64,000 nt of DNA from Hyphomicrobiales bacterium (GTDB lineage Bacteria; Pseudomonadota; Alphaproteobacteria; Rhizobiales; JACESI01): assembly GCA_013911885.1 (NCBI GenBank), contig JACESI010000010.1, positions 6,781-70,780 on the forward strand. The letters are read 5' to 3'. Positions 44,590-53,805 of the stretch are shown piece by piece (the stretch's first letter is position 1; each line of letters opens with the position of its first letter). The translations under genes were made by a program, and so were the position numbers. The notes under the pieces were generated by a model. That model was not told the DNA's origin, made no database searches, and was given only the letters and a program-made list of their open reading frames with translations.

Positions 44590-45452
44590 TAGTAGGCGGC
44601 ATCGAAGCCGTGCACTGCACGAATCGGCTTGGTCAGGTGCCAGATCAGGGCCGCGTCGCGTATGCCCATGGCGGCCCAAGGCGCTCCCCGTCCTTTGGGG
44701 CGCACCGAGTTTGCTGCCGCAGCGATCGCCGTGTCGTCGCGATGCAAACCTACAGCGTCGAACAGCGTTGTGACAGTTTCCTCAGAAGCCGCAATCAAAT
44801 TGTCGTAAGTTACGATCTGTGTGTTGCCGGCCATCGCGGCCGCACGGATGGCTCTCGCATACTGCGTGTAGAGACCGATCAATCCGATGGTCTCCTGCCG
44901 GAACGGGGAAGCATAGGTGTCCTCGGCATTCTCGCCGCGCCGGATCATAGAGTTAATTACCGCATAGGGCTCACGCAGCAACGAAAACGTCCCCTTGTCG
45001 GCCAAACTTGCAAACTGCTGGAAGGCGTAGACATTTGGCGGCGACTTTTCGCCGATCACCGCCTTCCCGGTGCGCGCCTTGATGTGGTCACCGAACAAGC
45101 CCATGCAAGCCCGACAGAGCGCCGCCCCATAGAGACCGCTTTCCAGCAGGCCGAGGATCTTTGTGTTCACCAGTGCAACATCGGCTTCGTCGAAAAGCAG
45201 CCATTTGGCATTGGCGCCGCGCGACACGCTGAAACGAGGCATCTCGATCAGCACACTGGTGTTTTGGGAGTGCAGTATCTTCTCTGCACTTTTCAACGCC
45301 CCTTTTGGCGTCGGTTTATCCGGGGCGAACTCCATCATAAGCGGCAGCAAATGGCTTTCTGCAGCGTAGCAGGAGGTATCAGGATGAAAGTTGAACAATT
45401 GAGCGACTGCCGTGGTGCCGCCGCGGGGCATTCCACCCACCAAAAAATCCAT
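44406..45452 (-). CDS. sulfotransferase whose last ~60 codons are antisense IS5 sequence
   Basis: LVGGMPRGGTT, IGEKSP, LLREPYAVINS and VTYDNL motifs; ATG 45452. Confidence 0.8.
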   Translation of the reverse strand: MDFLVGGMPRGGTTAVAQLFNFHPDTSCYAAESHLLPLMMEFAPDKPTPKGALKSAEKILHSQNTSVLIEMPRFSVSRGANAKWLLFDEADVALVNTKILGLLESGLYGAALCRACMGLFGDHIKARTGKAVIGEKSPPNVYAFQQFASLADKGTFSLLREPYAVINSMIRRGENAEDTYASPFRQETIGLIGLYTQYARAIRAAAMAGNTQIVTYDNLIAASEETVTTLFDAVGLHRDDTAIAAAANSVRPKGRGAPWAAMGIRDAALIWHLTKPIRAVHGFDAAYYDDDEARCAIGPLDDLDGGSIHVLHGVFQFVPSIAAVGEQMSEHGEALFRLGDDARSPSLS

Positions 45453-45523
45453 GTATTCCCAATCTACTTGAACCGAAAGCGGTGTGCCGGATGTTGCCAC
45501 ATCCTGTTGCTGGCGGCCTCGGA

Positions 45524-46756
45524 TTATCGTTGCTGTAGCATCGATGAGACCAACACGGCCAGCGCCTGACCTTCCCACAATACACTCCGAACACCGGCCG
45601 CAACGCCAGCATCGACATCCATCTGACTGTCCCCGATCATCAAACTGTGAGACGCATCCACATACCAGCGAACAATCAGGTCCTCAAGCATTTTCGGTCC
45701 TGGCTTGCGGTAGGGAGAGGCGAATGCAAAGTTTGGATCGCGGCCTTCCGGATGAAACGGGCAGTAGCGGAAGTCGTCGATATGCGCACCGTGCGCGAAC
45801 AACTGCTCGTTCATCCAGCGGTGCAATTTTTCAACATCCGCCGTTCCGTAGTAGCCGTGCGCAACGCCCGCCTGGTTGGTGACGACGAACACCAGATAAC
45901 CGGCGTCATTGCACGCGCGGATTGCGTCGATGGCGCCTTCCATCCATTCGAATTCCGCTATCTTGTGCGTATATCCTGCGTCCTTGTTGAGAGTGCCATC
46001 TCGGTCGAAGAACACTGCCGGGCGGTGCAGTTGCTGCGGGATGGCGGTATGGGCAACTACGTAATCTTCAGGTATGCCGATATCAAGCATGAAACCGTCA
46101 AAAATACGCGCACGCATGAGGCCAGCGGCGGCAATCATTGGAAAGACGTCGCGCTCGATCGAGCAGGGCTTCTGCCGGATGTGCTCGAGGATAGCTTTGC
46201 TCAGCCAGTAGATACCGCCGTTGACGAGACCTGGCCCCGGCCGCTCCGGGCGCTCGCGAAAGGCGGTAATGTCGCAACCATCAAGTTCGACAACGCCGCT
46301 ACGGCTGGCATCGGCCAGCGTCTTCAGGGCGATCGTCGCCAACATCGGTCGCTCCGGCCGTTCGCTGGCCGCAGCGACAAGGCTCAGGTAATTGATGTCG
46401 AACAGACTGTCACCATTCATCATCAGAAAGTGCTCGTCGAGTAGCTCGTGCGCCAGTGTCAGCGCCCCGCCAGTACCGGCTGGTTCTCTCTCGATGACGA
46501 CGTGAATGCGTGCGTCGAGATGCGGTAGCGGATTGCTGCCGCCGCAGTAGCGGTGCCAAATCAGGTCACCTCGGAAGCCTGCCAACAGGATGAACTCGTT
46601 GAAGCCGAAGCGGGCGACATTCTCGATCAGGATGTCAAGAAACGGCCGCCCGTTGACCGGTAGCATTGGCTTGGGCGTGTCCTGGGTTAGCGCGCCGAGC
46701 CGTGTGCCAAAACCGCCACACAGGATCACGCATTGGCGCTTCTGACATGGTTTCAT
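45524..46756 (-). CDS. fused heptose-1-phosphate nucleotidyltransferase (HddC-like) / heptose-bisphosphate phosphatase (GmhB-like)
   Basis: ILCGGFGTRLG...PKPM and DIGIPEDY, then HAD motifs FFDRDGTLN, VTNQAG, YCPFHP, RKPGP and MIGD. Confidence 0.9.
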   Translation of the reverse strand: MKPCQKRQCVILCGGFGTRLGALTQDTPKPMLPVNGRPFLDILIENVARFGFNEFILLAGFRGDLIWHRYCGGSNPLPHLDARIHVVIEREPAGTGGALTLAHELLDEHFLMMNGDSLFDINYLSLVAAASERPERPMLATIALKTLADASRSGVVELDGCDITAFRERPERPGPGLVNGGIYWLSKAILEHIRQKPCSIERDVFPMIAAAGLMRARIFDGFMLDIGIPEDYVVAHTAIPQQLHRPAVFFDRDGTLNKDAGYTHKIAEFEWMEGAIDAIRACNDAGYLVFVVTNQAGVAHGYYGTADVEKLHRWMNEQLFAHGAHIDDFRYCPFHPEGRDPNFAFASPYRKPGPKMLEDLIVRWYVDASHSLMIGDSQMDVDAGVAAGVRSVLWEGQALAVLVSSMLQQR

Positions 46757-46804
46757 TACTCTCGGTCCTGCCGCTCCGTTGGCGTTCGCTTTTTGCCTCT
46801 CGTT

Positions 46805-47398
46805 TTAGGCATTGCCGCACAATTCCTGCTCAATGAGGTCGCAGAGGATGTGGCCGACGGTGATGTGCACCTGCTGGATGAGCGGCGTCTTGTCGGAAGG
46901 TACCTTTATCACTGTATCGCAGAGTGTCGCCATGTCGCCGCCCGTCGCACCGGTTAAACCGATGCAGCGTACGCCCTGCCGCCGCGCCACGTCGAGCGCG
47001 GCGATGATGTTCTTCGAGCGACCCGATGTGGAAATACCGATAAAGACGTCTCCAGGGCGGCCGAGCGCTTCCAATTGCCGGGCGAAGACCTGATCGAAGG
47101 CGTAGTCATTGGCGATGGCGGTCAACGTCGAGCTGTCGGTGGTGAGGGCGATGCCCGGCAATGGCCGGCGGTCGAAATTGAACCGGCAGAGAAATTCGCC
47201 AGCGAGATGCTGAGCGTCACCAGCGCTGCCGCCATTGCCGGCAAACAGCACCTTGCCGCCGCTCTGCAGACTATCGATGCAGATCGCCGCTGCCGCCTCC
47301 AGTGACCGCCCCAGCTCTGCGCTGCCTGCGGCGGCGGTCATCACCGCGACGGATTCGTCTAGGATACGCGCAATAACTTGATGCCTGGAACTGGCCAC
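46805..47398 (-). CDS. gmhA: sedoheptulose-7-phosphate isomerase
   Basis: GNGGSAGDAQH, ANDYAFDQVF, ISTSGRS and IQQVH motifs; GGGAG precedes GTG 47398. Confidence 0.93.
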   Translation of the reverse strand: MASSRHQVIARILDESVAVMTAAAGSAELGRSLEAAAAICIDSLQSGGKVLFAGNGGSAGDAQHLAGEFLCRFNFDRRPLPGIALTTDSSTLTAIANDYAFDQVFARQLEALGRPGDVFIGISTSGRSKNIIAALDVARRQGVRCIGLTGATGGDMATLCDTVIKVPSDKTPLIQQVHITVGHILCDLIEQELCGNA

Positions 47399-48417
47399 GA
47401 GATCGCTCCCTTTTGTGTGAATTGACAGTTGGAAGGCGCCGCACCACCTTCTCTGAGAGCCGCCTTTAGATGTTGCCGGTTGGTCGGATCGGTCAAGAAC
47501 ATCATGAAACCACCACCACCAGCGCCCGACACCTTGCCGGCCCATGCGCCAGCCTCCATTGCAAGCCTGTAGAGTTCATCGATATGAGCATTGGATACTG
47601 AGTTAGCCGAAAGCTTCTTGGCGTTCCAGCTGTCAGCGAGGATTTCTGCCATCTGACGGATGTCTCCAGCGAGCAATGCCTGCTTCATTTTTTGCGCATC
47701 CATTTTAATCTGGTGGAGAGCGGCCAACGATTTGATATTTTTGCTGGCCATTGCGCTCGACTGCTCATCGATGATTGCCGCACTATCGCGTGATATGCCG
47801 GTGAAGCAGATAACCAGTGAGGCCTCGAATTCATGGAGGATGCGGTCAGCCACCCTAAGCGGGTTGACGATCACGCGATCCGTCGGCAGGAACTCCATGT
47901 AGTTGATGCCGCCGAAGGTCGCAGCATACTGGTCCTGGCGCCCGCCATTGAGGGCAAGGTCGATGCGCTCAATTTCGTAGGCGAGGTGAGCGACGTCGTA
48001 CGCGCCGAGTGGCAGGTCTAGATAGGCGCCAAAAGCCTCCACCATCGCGACGACAAGCGCCGAGGAGGAGCCGAGCCCGGAGCCAGCCGGCGCGTCGACA
48101 CCGGTGCTGATGGTCAGCGGCAGCGGCCTGCCGCCATTGAATTCGCGCACGATGCGATTGTAGACGCCGCGATGGATGCGCAGCCCCGCGTCAATCGGCA
48201 GCTCGGCGTCAAGCGGCAGCAGTTCGCGCTTCTCCAGGTCGGTGGCGACGAACTCGATCTGATCGTCCTCGCGCTCCATGATGGTGGCGTGCGCATAGCG
48301 GTCGATGGTGACGTTGAGGATGGCGCCGCCGAACTCGTCGCAATAGGGGGATACGTCGGTGCCACCGCCAGCGAGACCCAGCCGCAATGGTGCCCTTGAA
48401 CGAACGCCCGGTAACAT
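47359..48417 (-). CDS. hddA: D-glycero-alpha-D-manno-heptose-7-phosphate kinase (GHMP)
   Basis: RAPLRLGLAGGGTD, PAGSGLGSSS, GGRQDQY and KVSGAGGGGF motifs. Confidence 0.92.
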   Translation of the reverse strand: MLPGVRSRAPLRLGLAGGGTDVSPYCDEFGGAILNVTIDRYAHATIMEREDDQIEFVATDLEKRELLPLDAELPIDAGLRIHRGVYNRIVREFNGGRPLPLTISTGVDAPAGSGLGSSSALVVAMVEAFGAYLDLPLGAYDVAHLAYEIERIDLALNGGRQDQYAATFGGINYMEFLPTDRVIVNPLRVADRILHEFEASLVICFTGISRDSAAIIDEQSSAMASKNIKSLAALHQIKMDAQKMKQALLAGDIRQMAEILADSWNAKKLSANSVSNAHIDELYRLAMEAGAWAGKVSGAGGGGFMMFLTDPTNRQHLKAALREGGAAPSNCQFTQKGAISWPVPGIKLLRVS

Positions 48418-48479
48418 GGAACTAGTATCTCCTTGAAGCTGATTTGAAGGTAACCACAGTCATCATGTGCAGCAGGACG

Positions 48480-49205
48480 CTACATCTTGACCAAGATGCC
48501 GTGCCCATTCAGGTTATGAAAGAACAAGCAGGGGAGTTCTTTCCTCAACTTGTTAACCAGCTTAGTGACTCCGTTGGTTTTATATCCGCCAAAGTCGTCG
48601 AACACAACAACACCGCCGACTGGGATCAGGGGCCACAGGAAGTGCACAATGTCCTTGGCGGAGTCGTAGACGTCAACGTCGATGTGGACCATGCGGATTC
48701 GCCGCCCGGCGAGCTGTTCGCCGGTATCGTCCGGAAAAATACCCTTCAAAATCTTGGTGTTGCCGACGCCCAGCTGCCGAGCCAATGCGTTGACGCTGTC
48801 TGAATCGGTATCGTCGTGCTCGCCGCCGATATAATGGCTGTCCTCAGCTCCGGCCTTGACCACACCTTCAAAAGTGTCGCACAGAAATACCGAGCTCGTG
48901 CCTTGGTTCAGTGCCTGGTCCTTGTACGCCAGCAGACAGCCACTGCCACCGCGCCACACTCCCACCTCAACGATGTCTCCCCCGACCCGATTGCTGCTTT
49001 CAGCGAGCGTCCACAGTTCATAAAGACGATACATGTCAATCAGGGTGCTCGACTGGATGACGCCATAGACCTGCATGAATTCCTTGTCGTCGAACCACGG
49101 TGAGTAAGTCGCGCGCGGATTGGTCTGGGAATAGGAATACCCCTCGAACACTTCCATCGGTTCTGCGGGAATAGGGCGGGAAACATGGGTAGAACGGTCA
49201 TTCAT
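48480..49205 (-). CDS. TylF/MycF/NovP-family sugar O-methyltransferase
   Basis: GDIVEVGVWRGGS, DTFEG, KGIFPD, HIDVDVYDS and GGVVVFDD motifs. Confidence 0.88.
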   Translation of the reverse strand: MNDRSTHVSRPIPAEPMEVFEGYSYSQTNPRATYSPWFDDKEFMQVYGVIQSSTLIDMYRLYELWTLAESSNRVGGDIVEVGVWRGGSGCLLAYKDQALNQGTSSVFLCDTFEGVVKAGAEDSHYIGGEHDDTDSDSVNALARQLGVGNTKILKGIFPDDTGEQLAGRRIRMVHIDVDVYDSAKDIVHFLWPLIPVGGVVVFDDFGGYKTNGVTKLVNKLRKELPCLFFHNLNGHGILVKM

Positions 49206-49224
49206 TGCTGGCTTCCGAGTTTGG

Positions 49225-52200
49225 TCATGCTTGGTCGAACTTGATGCTGTCCTTGATGATTCCTTGCACCTTGGTCAGAGAGAAGTGCTCATCCACGTAG
49301 CTCATGCAACTCTGGCTGAGCTGCTCCCAACGGATTGGGTCAATATGCAGACGGATTATTTCTTCAGCGAATTGCTGCGTCGTGTTGGCGAGCACCACGG
49401 CGTCATACAGCCCCCTGGACGGCATACCTTCGAAGGCGATGTCGTTACCGATACAGGGGACCCCCAAATTCATGCTAGTGCCCACCTTGCCCTTCGTACC
49501 CGCCCCGTAGGGCAGAGGCGCCACGGTCATCAGCATCTCACCTAATGTTTTCTCTATGTCTTCCACATAGCCAATGATGTCAATGTCGGATGCCGCATAG
49601 CTGTGGAAATGATCGGGCATATTGCTCCCGATGATCTTCAGTCGAGCGCCGATATTGGCTGCTCGAACGATCGGCCAAATTTCCCTGATCAAGAATTCAG
49701 CAGCACCGACGTTAGGTGTATGCCGGTAGCCGCCTATGAATGCTGCACCGACGCGCCCCTGATAGCCGCACGCCCGATGGGACTTGTCTCTGATCATCGG
49801 AATGACGACAACCTTTTTGCTCGGCGCGTCTTTGGCAAGCAGTTGTTGTTCGAACTCACTGACCACATAGGTCATGTCCGCAGCTGCCACCATCGAAAGT
49901 TCGAGCTTCTTGAGTTCGCCGGCCAGCGCCTTCAGCTCGGCGTCGTTCTTGACTAAGGCTTCGCGCTCCGCACGCAGGTAGTGGAGGTCGGCGGGGTGGA
50001 AGATCACCCGGGCGTTGGGTGCGAGGCGCCGCACCGTGGCGATATTTCGCTCGGCGGTGCCGACCCGGAATATGACGGCGGTGTCGATGAGCTCGCCCCA
50101 TTCCTCCAGATAATCGCCGACACTGCGGTAGTAGGGGCCGTAGATCGCCTCGATCCCCTTCGACTGGATGTTCGGCGTGTATTTGGGGATGTTGGCGAAG
50201 TTGGTCTCGGGCACGAAGTGAACGCGATAGCCGAGCTTCTGGAAGATGCTGATGATATGCATCACCTCGACCGAGCCGGCATCCTTGTCAGTTTCCGGTG
50301 TGATGTGGTCGATGAACAGCAAGTGGCGCTGCGACATGCGGTCGGCGGCGCGCAGCGGTGTCTGGCCGCTGGGATAATGCCGCGAATGCAGCGTCTCTCG
50401 CCACTTGGCCTCGAATTTGTCCTTGTTGGCACGCTGATAAGCCTTGATGCCGACACTCTCGTCGGTGCCGTGGCTGATGCCCTCGAAATGGATCACCACC
50501 GAATGCGGCTGGTAGACCACCCTCAGCCCCCGGTCCCGCACAGCCATGCATAGGTCGGCATCTTCAGCATAGGCCGGGATGTAACGCTCGTCGAGCCTGC
50601 CAACGGCGTTGAACAGCTCCTTGCTGATCATCAGCGAAGCGCCGGATACGTAGTCGACATCGCGTACGTAATTGTAGCGCGGATGGTTGGGATCCTGCAG
50701 CCTGCCCCAGTTCCAGCCCGTGGCGTCGTTCCAGATGATGCCGCCCGCTTCCTGCAGTCGGCCGTCCGGATAGACAAGCTTTGATCCGGCAATACCGACG
50801 TCTTCATGGTTGGTGAATGTTGCATAGAGCGTGTCGAGCCAGCCTGGCAGCACCTTGGTGTCGTTGTTGAGCAGCACAAGGTAGCGACCGAGCGACAGAT
50901 CTGCCGCCTTATTGCAGTTGCGCAGGAAGCCGAGATTGGTCTCGTTGCAGATATAACGCAGGCCCGGAATGGTCGACAATACCTGGGCAGTCTCGTCAGT
51001 CGAGCAATCGTCCATGACAATAACCTCGTAGCTTAGCGATGTACTTTGCTGCATCAGGCTACTAAGGCATTCAAGAGTATAATTGAGATTGTTGTAAACC
51101 GGAATAATGATTGATAATTCTGGTTTGATGTGTTCAGTAAAGCGGAGATTCGGATGTATTTTCTTAATCAATACGCTGGACGATGCTGGCGCAGCTACAC
51201 GCCTAAATTCGGCGCTTTGGTGGGAAAAAACTTTAACAAAATCCATCCGTTTGCGTACGGCTCCCGGGCCCTCCTTCAACAAGATACGTGTCGCTTTTGC
51301 CAAAGTCGGGAGTACTCCGCCCCCCAACCGGAAAACATTGGGCGATATACTGATTGCTTTTATCGAGCTACGCGGGCCTGCTCTTCCAGCTCTGATCGGT
51401 GGACTGAGTTTCCGGGATTTTGAATTTCGATAGGCATTGTGGGTCTCATAAAGCTCCGGCGCAGCCCTATCCAGCTGTTGGCGGATCTGGCTGATCTCCT
51501 GCTCGGATGATGGCAATTTGGATTCGAATTCCCGAAGTCTGGCTGCCGCCGTTTCTCGTGCCACTTGTTGCTCATGGGCGCGTGCTGTTTCAGCGGCCAG
51601 CGCGGTACTCCTTTCGTCCAACATGTCCGACCTCGGCGCCTGATCTTTCGCCATAGCCATTGCATCGGAGGTATCGGTGTTGCTTTCCAGTGCTGAACTG
51701 CCGTGGGTCTCTGTCCAAACCCCTTTGCGGCCTTCTTTCTCGCCATAGCGGAGGAAGTGCATCAGAGGGTTGAGTCCGGCTTCAAGCACATCCCTGTAAT
51801 TCAGAAGGTAGCTCCCGGAATCGAAATATTCTGAAGCCCAGCGCCCCTCGTAAGCGCCGTAGCGAAGATAGTGCAGAGCCGGATCGACCTTGCTTTCCTT
51901 AACGTCGGGATATTGCTCAAGATACCAGCTCTCATCGAACAGACCCGAGGCGCGGATAAGGGCCAGATCTGCTTTTTGTTGACGTTTTCGGACGAATTCG
52001 AGCGGCGCGCGTAAGGGGGATGTCAATTTCCAGGTCAGGCTTTTGCGCAGTTTTGAAAGCTCCCTTTCGCGTGCGCTGACCACCAGTTCCTTGACCGAAA
52101 GTTGTTCACCGAGGCTCGTCGTGGCTTGTTTGGCAAGGTTCGCCTCCGTCATGGCTGCGGCATAGGCGTCGCCTTTCTCGGTCGCCAGACGTTTCGACGT

Positions 52201-53805
52201 TTCAACTTCCGCCTCAAGGTTGGCGATGACCGCGTCATAGGTCTCTTGCTTTTCCGCGGCAAGGCGATTGAGCGTTTCAACTTCCGTCATGGCTGCGGCA
52301 TAGGCGTCGCCTTTCTCGGTCGCCAGACGTTTCGACGTTTCAACTTCCGCCTTAAGCTCGGCGATGACCGCGTCATAGGTCTCTTGCTTTTCCGCGGCAA
52401 GGCGAGCCGCCGTTTCAACTTCAGCCGCAAGATCGGCGATCTCTGCTTCCTTCAAGGCGACCGCCTCGGAAAGGCGGCTTGCTGCCTGGTTCGCTTGTTC
52501 TGCCTTGGCGTCTGCGCGTGTCAATCGGTCTTCGGCTTCCGCAAGTTGTCGTTCGAGTGCGAATCTCAGGGCACGGTCCGCATCTGCTTCTGCCAGCGCA
52601 TCGATGGTCTGGCGGATGAGGCCTGGCGCATCACGGTTGTCGCCTTCCTTTAGTCCGAGTGCTGCGCGGATCTGGGCCAATTCGGCGCTCAGGCGGTCGC
52701 GGTCCGTCATGCCGGCTTCAAGCGCATCTTGCGTTTCAAGCAGCGCTCGTTCGAGGCGGGCGGATTTTTCATTACTCTCGACCGTGGCGGAAGAAAGCTT
52801 TTCGATGGTCTCGGAAAACTCGGAAAGTTTGTTGTTCGTTTCGCTCAGGTTCCGTTTCGCGCTCTGTTCGGTTTCAGACAATTGCACGAGGATCGGCAGC
52901 GTCCGCATCAGGCTTTCCTGAATGGCGTCCAGATCCGCCAGGGCATCAGCGTCGTTCGGATCAGCTTCGAGAATCTTATAGGCAAGATAGGTTTCGCTGA
53001 TGAAGCCGCGCAGTTCCGGTTGCATGGTCACATCTTCGAGCCTGCTCGCATGATGTCGGAACTGGGGCGACAGATACTCGTCGATGAGCGGGCCGACATT
53101 CGCCATGTTTTTCCCGAAAGGATTGCCGACATGTCTTTCGAGATTATCAAAAGCCCTGCGCCAGTCGCTCAGGAGCGTTTCGTAGGAGAGGAAAGCGCGC
53201 TTTCTGCCGCGTGTCGCACGTTCGGCGTCGAGGACGTGGCGAAGCCAGAGCATGCCTGCGTCGAGACTCGAATAGGATGCTGGCCAGATCCCTTTGCGTG
53301 CGGCGAGCGAGGCCATCACGTCGAGCGGGTTGCGCACGGTCAGGATTGGAATGACATCGATATCGCCGTCTTCGAGCGCGTCGATGACCAGAGAAGCAAA
53401 CCGGCAAATCCGGGGTTCTTTGAGAACGATCAGAGGGGCGCTGCCGAACTCATCCCTGACGAGCGCGCGGAACTCTCTCCCGATCGCCCCGGTCTGGCCA
53501 GGGGGCAGTCTTGTGAAATCCGGACCGCGCCAGTCGTGCCAGTTTGAACCGATGCTTTCGAGCAGGCGATCATTGTAGGCGATGATCGCATTGGATTCCC
53601 AGTGACCGCTCTCATTGCCTTCGCCCGCGCCGAGGAGATGCTTCGGAATGCCCGCCCCTGCCAGATTAAGGACGCGCGTGAGCGCGCTTGTTCCGGAGCG
53701 GTGCATGCCGAGAACGAGAAGGCATGTCTGCTCCGTCTTTTTTACTGTCGCGCCGGAGCCGCCGGAACCTTTGTCTTGCGCGGATTTCTTCGAAGTTCTT
53801 TTCAT
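49225..53805 (-). CDS. multidomain polysaccharide synthesis protein: sulfotransferase-like, coiled coil, FD..WYL..YPDV repeats, GT2, GT-B (~1526 aa)
   Basis: VLGMHRSGTS, LKEPR, RNPLDV, SYE; long heptad region; SIIIPVYN, DDCSTD, LNNDT, EDADLC; FIGGYRHTPN, APLPYGAGTKGK. ATG 53805 chosen because the longer ORF runs through the katG terminator. Confidence 0.88.
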   Translation of the reverse strand: MKRTSKKSAQDKGSGGSGATVKKTEQTCLLVLGMHRSGTSALTRVLNLAGAGIPKHLLGAGEGNESGHWESNAIIAYNDRLLESIGSNWHDWRGPDFTRLPPGQTGAIGREFRALVRDEFGSAPLIVLKEPRICRFASLVIDALEDGDIDVIPILTVRNPLDVMASLAARKGIWPASYSSLDAGMLWLRHVLDAERATRGRKRAFLSYETLLSDWRRAFDNLERHVGNPFGKNMANVGPLIDEYLSPQFRHHASRLEDVTMQPELRGFISETYLAYKILEADPNDADALADLDAIQESLMRTLPILVQLSETEQSAKRNLSETNNKLSEFSETIEKLSSATVESNEKSARLERALLETQDALEAGMTDRDRLSAELAQIRAALGLKEGDNRDAPGLIRQTIDALAEADADRALRFALERQLAEAEDRLTRADAKAEQANQAASRLSEAVALKEAEIADLAAEVETAARLAAEKQETYDAVIAELKAEVETSKRLATEKGDAYAAAMTEVETLNRLAAEKQETYDAVIANLEAEVETSKRLATEKGDAYAAAMTEANLAKQATTSLGEQLSVKELVVSARERELSKLRKSLTWKLTSPLRAPLEFVRKRQQKADLALIRASGLFDESWYLEQYPDVKESKVDPALHYLRYGAYEGRWASEYFDSGSYLLNYRDVLEAGLNPLMHFLRYGEKEGRKGVWTETHGSSALESNTDTSDAMAMAKDQAPRSDMLDERSTALAAETARAHEQQVARETAAARLREFESKLPSSEQEISQIRQQLDRAAPELYETHNAYRNSKSRKLSPPIRAGRAGPRSSIKAISISPNVFRLGGGVLPTLAKATRILLKEGPGAVRKRMDFVKVFSHQSAEFRRVAAPASSSVLIKKIHPNLRFTEHIKPELSIIIPVYNNLNYTLECLSSLMQQSTSLSYEVIVMDDCSTDETAQVLSTIPGLRYICNETNLGFLRNCNKAADLSLGRYLVLLNNDTKVLPGWLDTLYATFTNHEDVGIAGSKLVYPDGRLQEAGGIIWNDATGWNWGRLQDPNHPRYNYVRDVDYVSGASLMISKELFNAVGRLDERYIPAYAEDADLCMAVRDRGLRVVYQPHSVVIHFEGISHGTDESVGIKAYQRANKDKFEAKWRETLHSRHYPSGQTPLRAADRMSQRHLLFIDHITPETDKDAGSVEVMHIISIFQKLGYRVHFVPETNFANIPKYTPNIQSKGIEAIYGPYYRSVGDYLEEWGELIDTAVIFRVGTAERNIATVRRLAPNARVIFHPADLHYLRAEREALVKNDAELKALAGELKKLELSMVAAADMTYVVSEFEQQLLAKDAPSKKVVVIPMIRDKSHRACGYQGRVGAAFIGGYRHTPNVGAAEFLIREIWPIVRAANIGARLKIIGSNMPDHFHSYAASDIDIIGYVEDIEKTLGEMLMTVAPLPYGAGTKGKVGTSMNLGVPCIGNDIAFEGMPSRGLYDAVVLANTTQQFAEEIIRLHIDPIRWEQLSQSCMSYVDEHFSLTKVQGIIKDSIKFDQA
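52145..52422. repeat. near-perfect tandem duplication, 138-bp (46-codon) period, in frame
   Basis: TCCGTCATGGCTGCGGCATAGGCG starts at 52145 and at 52283; encodes RLAAEKQETYDAVIA.L.AEVETSKRLATEKGDAYAAAMTE twice. Confidence 0.95.

Noticed and set aside
44460-45569. 369-aa plus-strand ORF as an intact IS5 transposase
   Set aside because: Only the first ~43 residues are transposase-like; the rest is antisense to the sulfotransferase.
52145-52422. Direct repeats as a CRISPR array
   Set aside because: In-frame coding duplication with no unique spacers and no cas genes.
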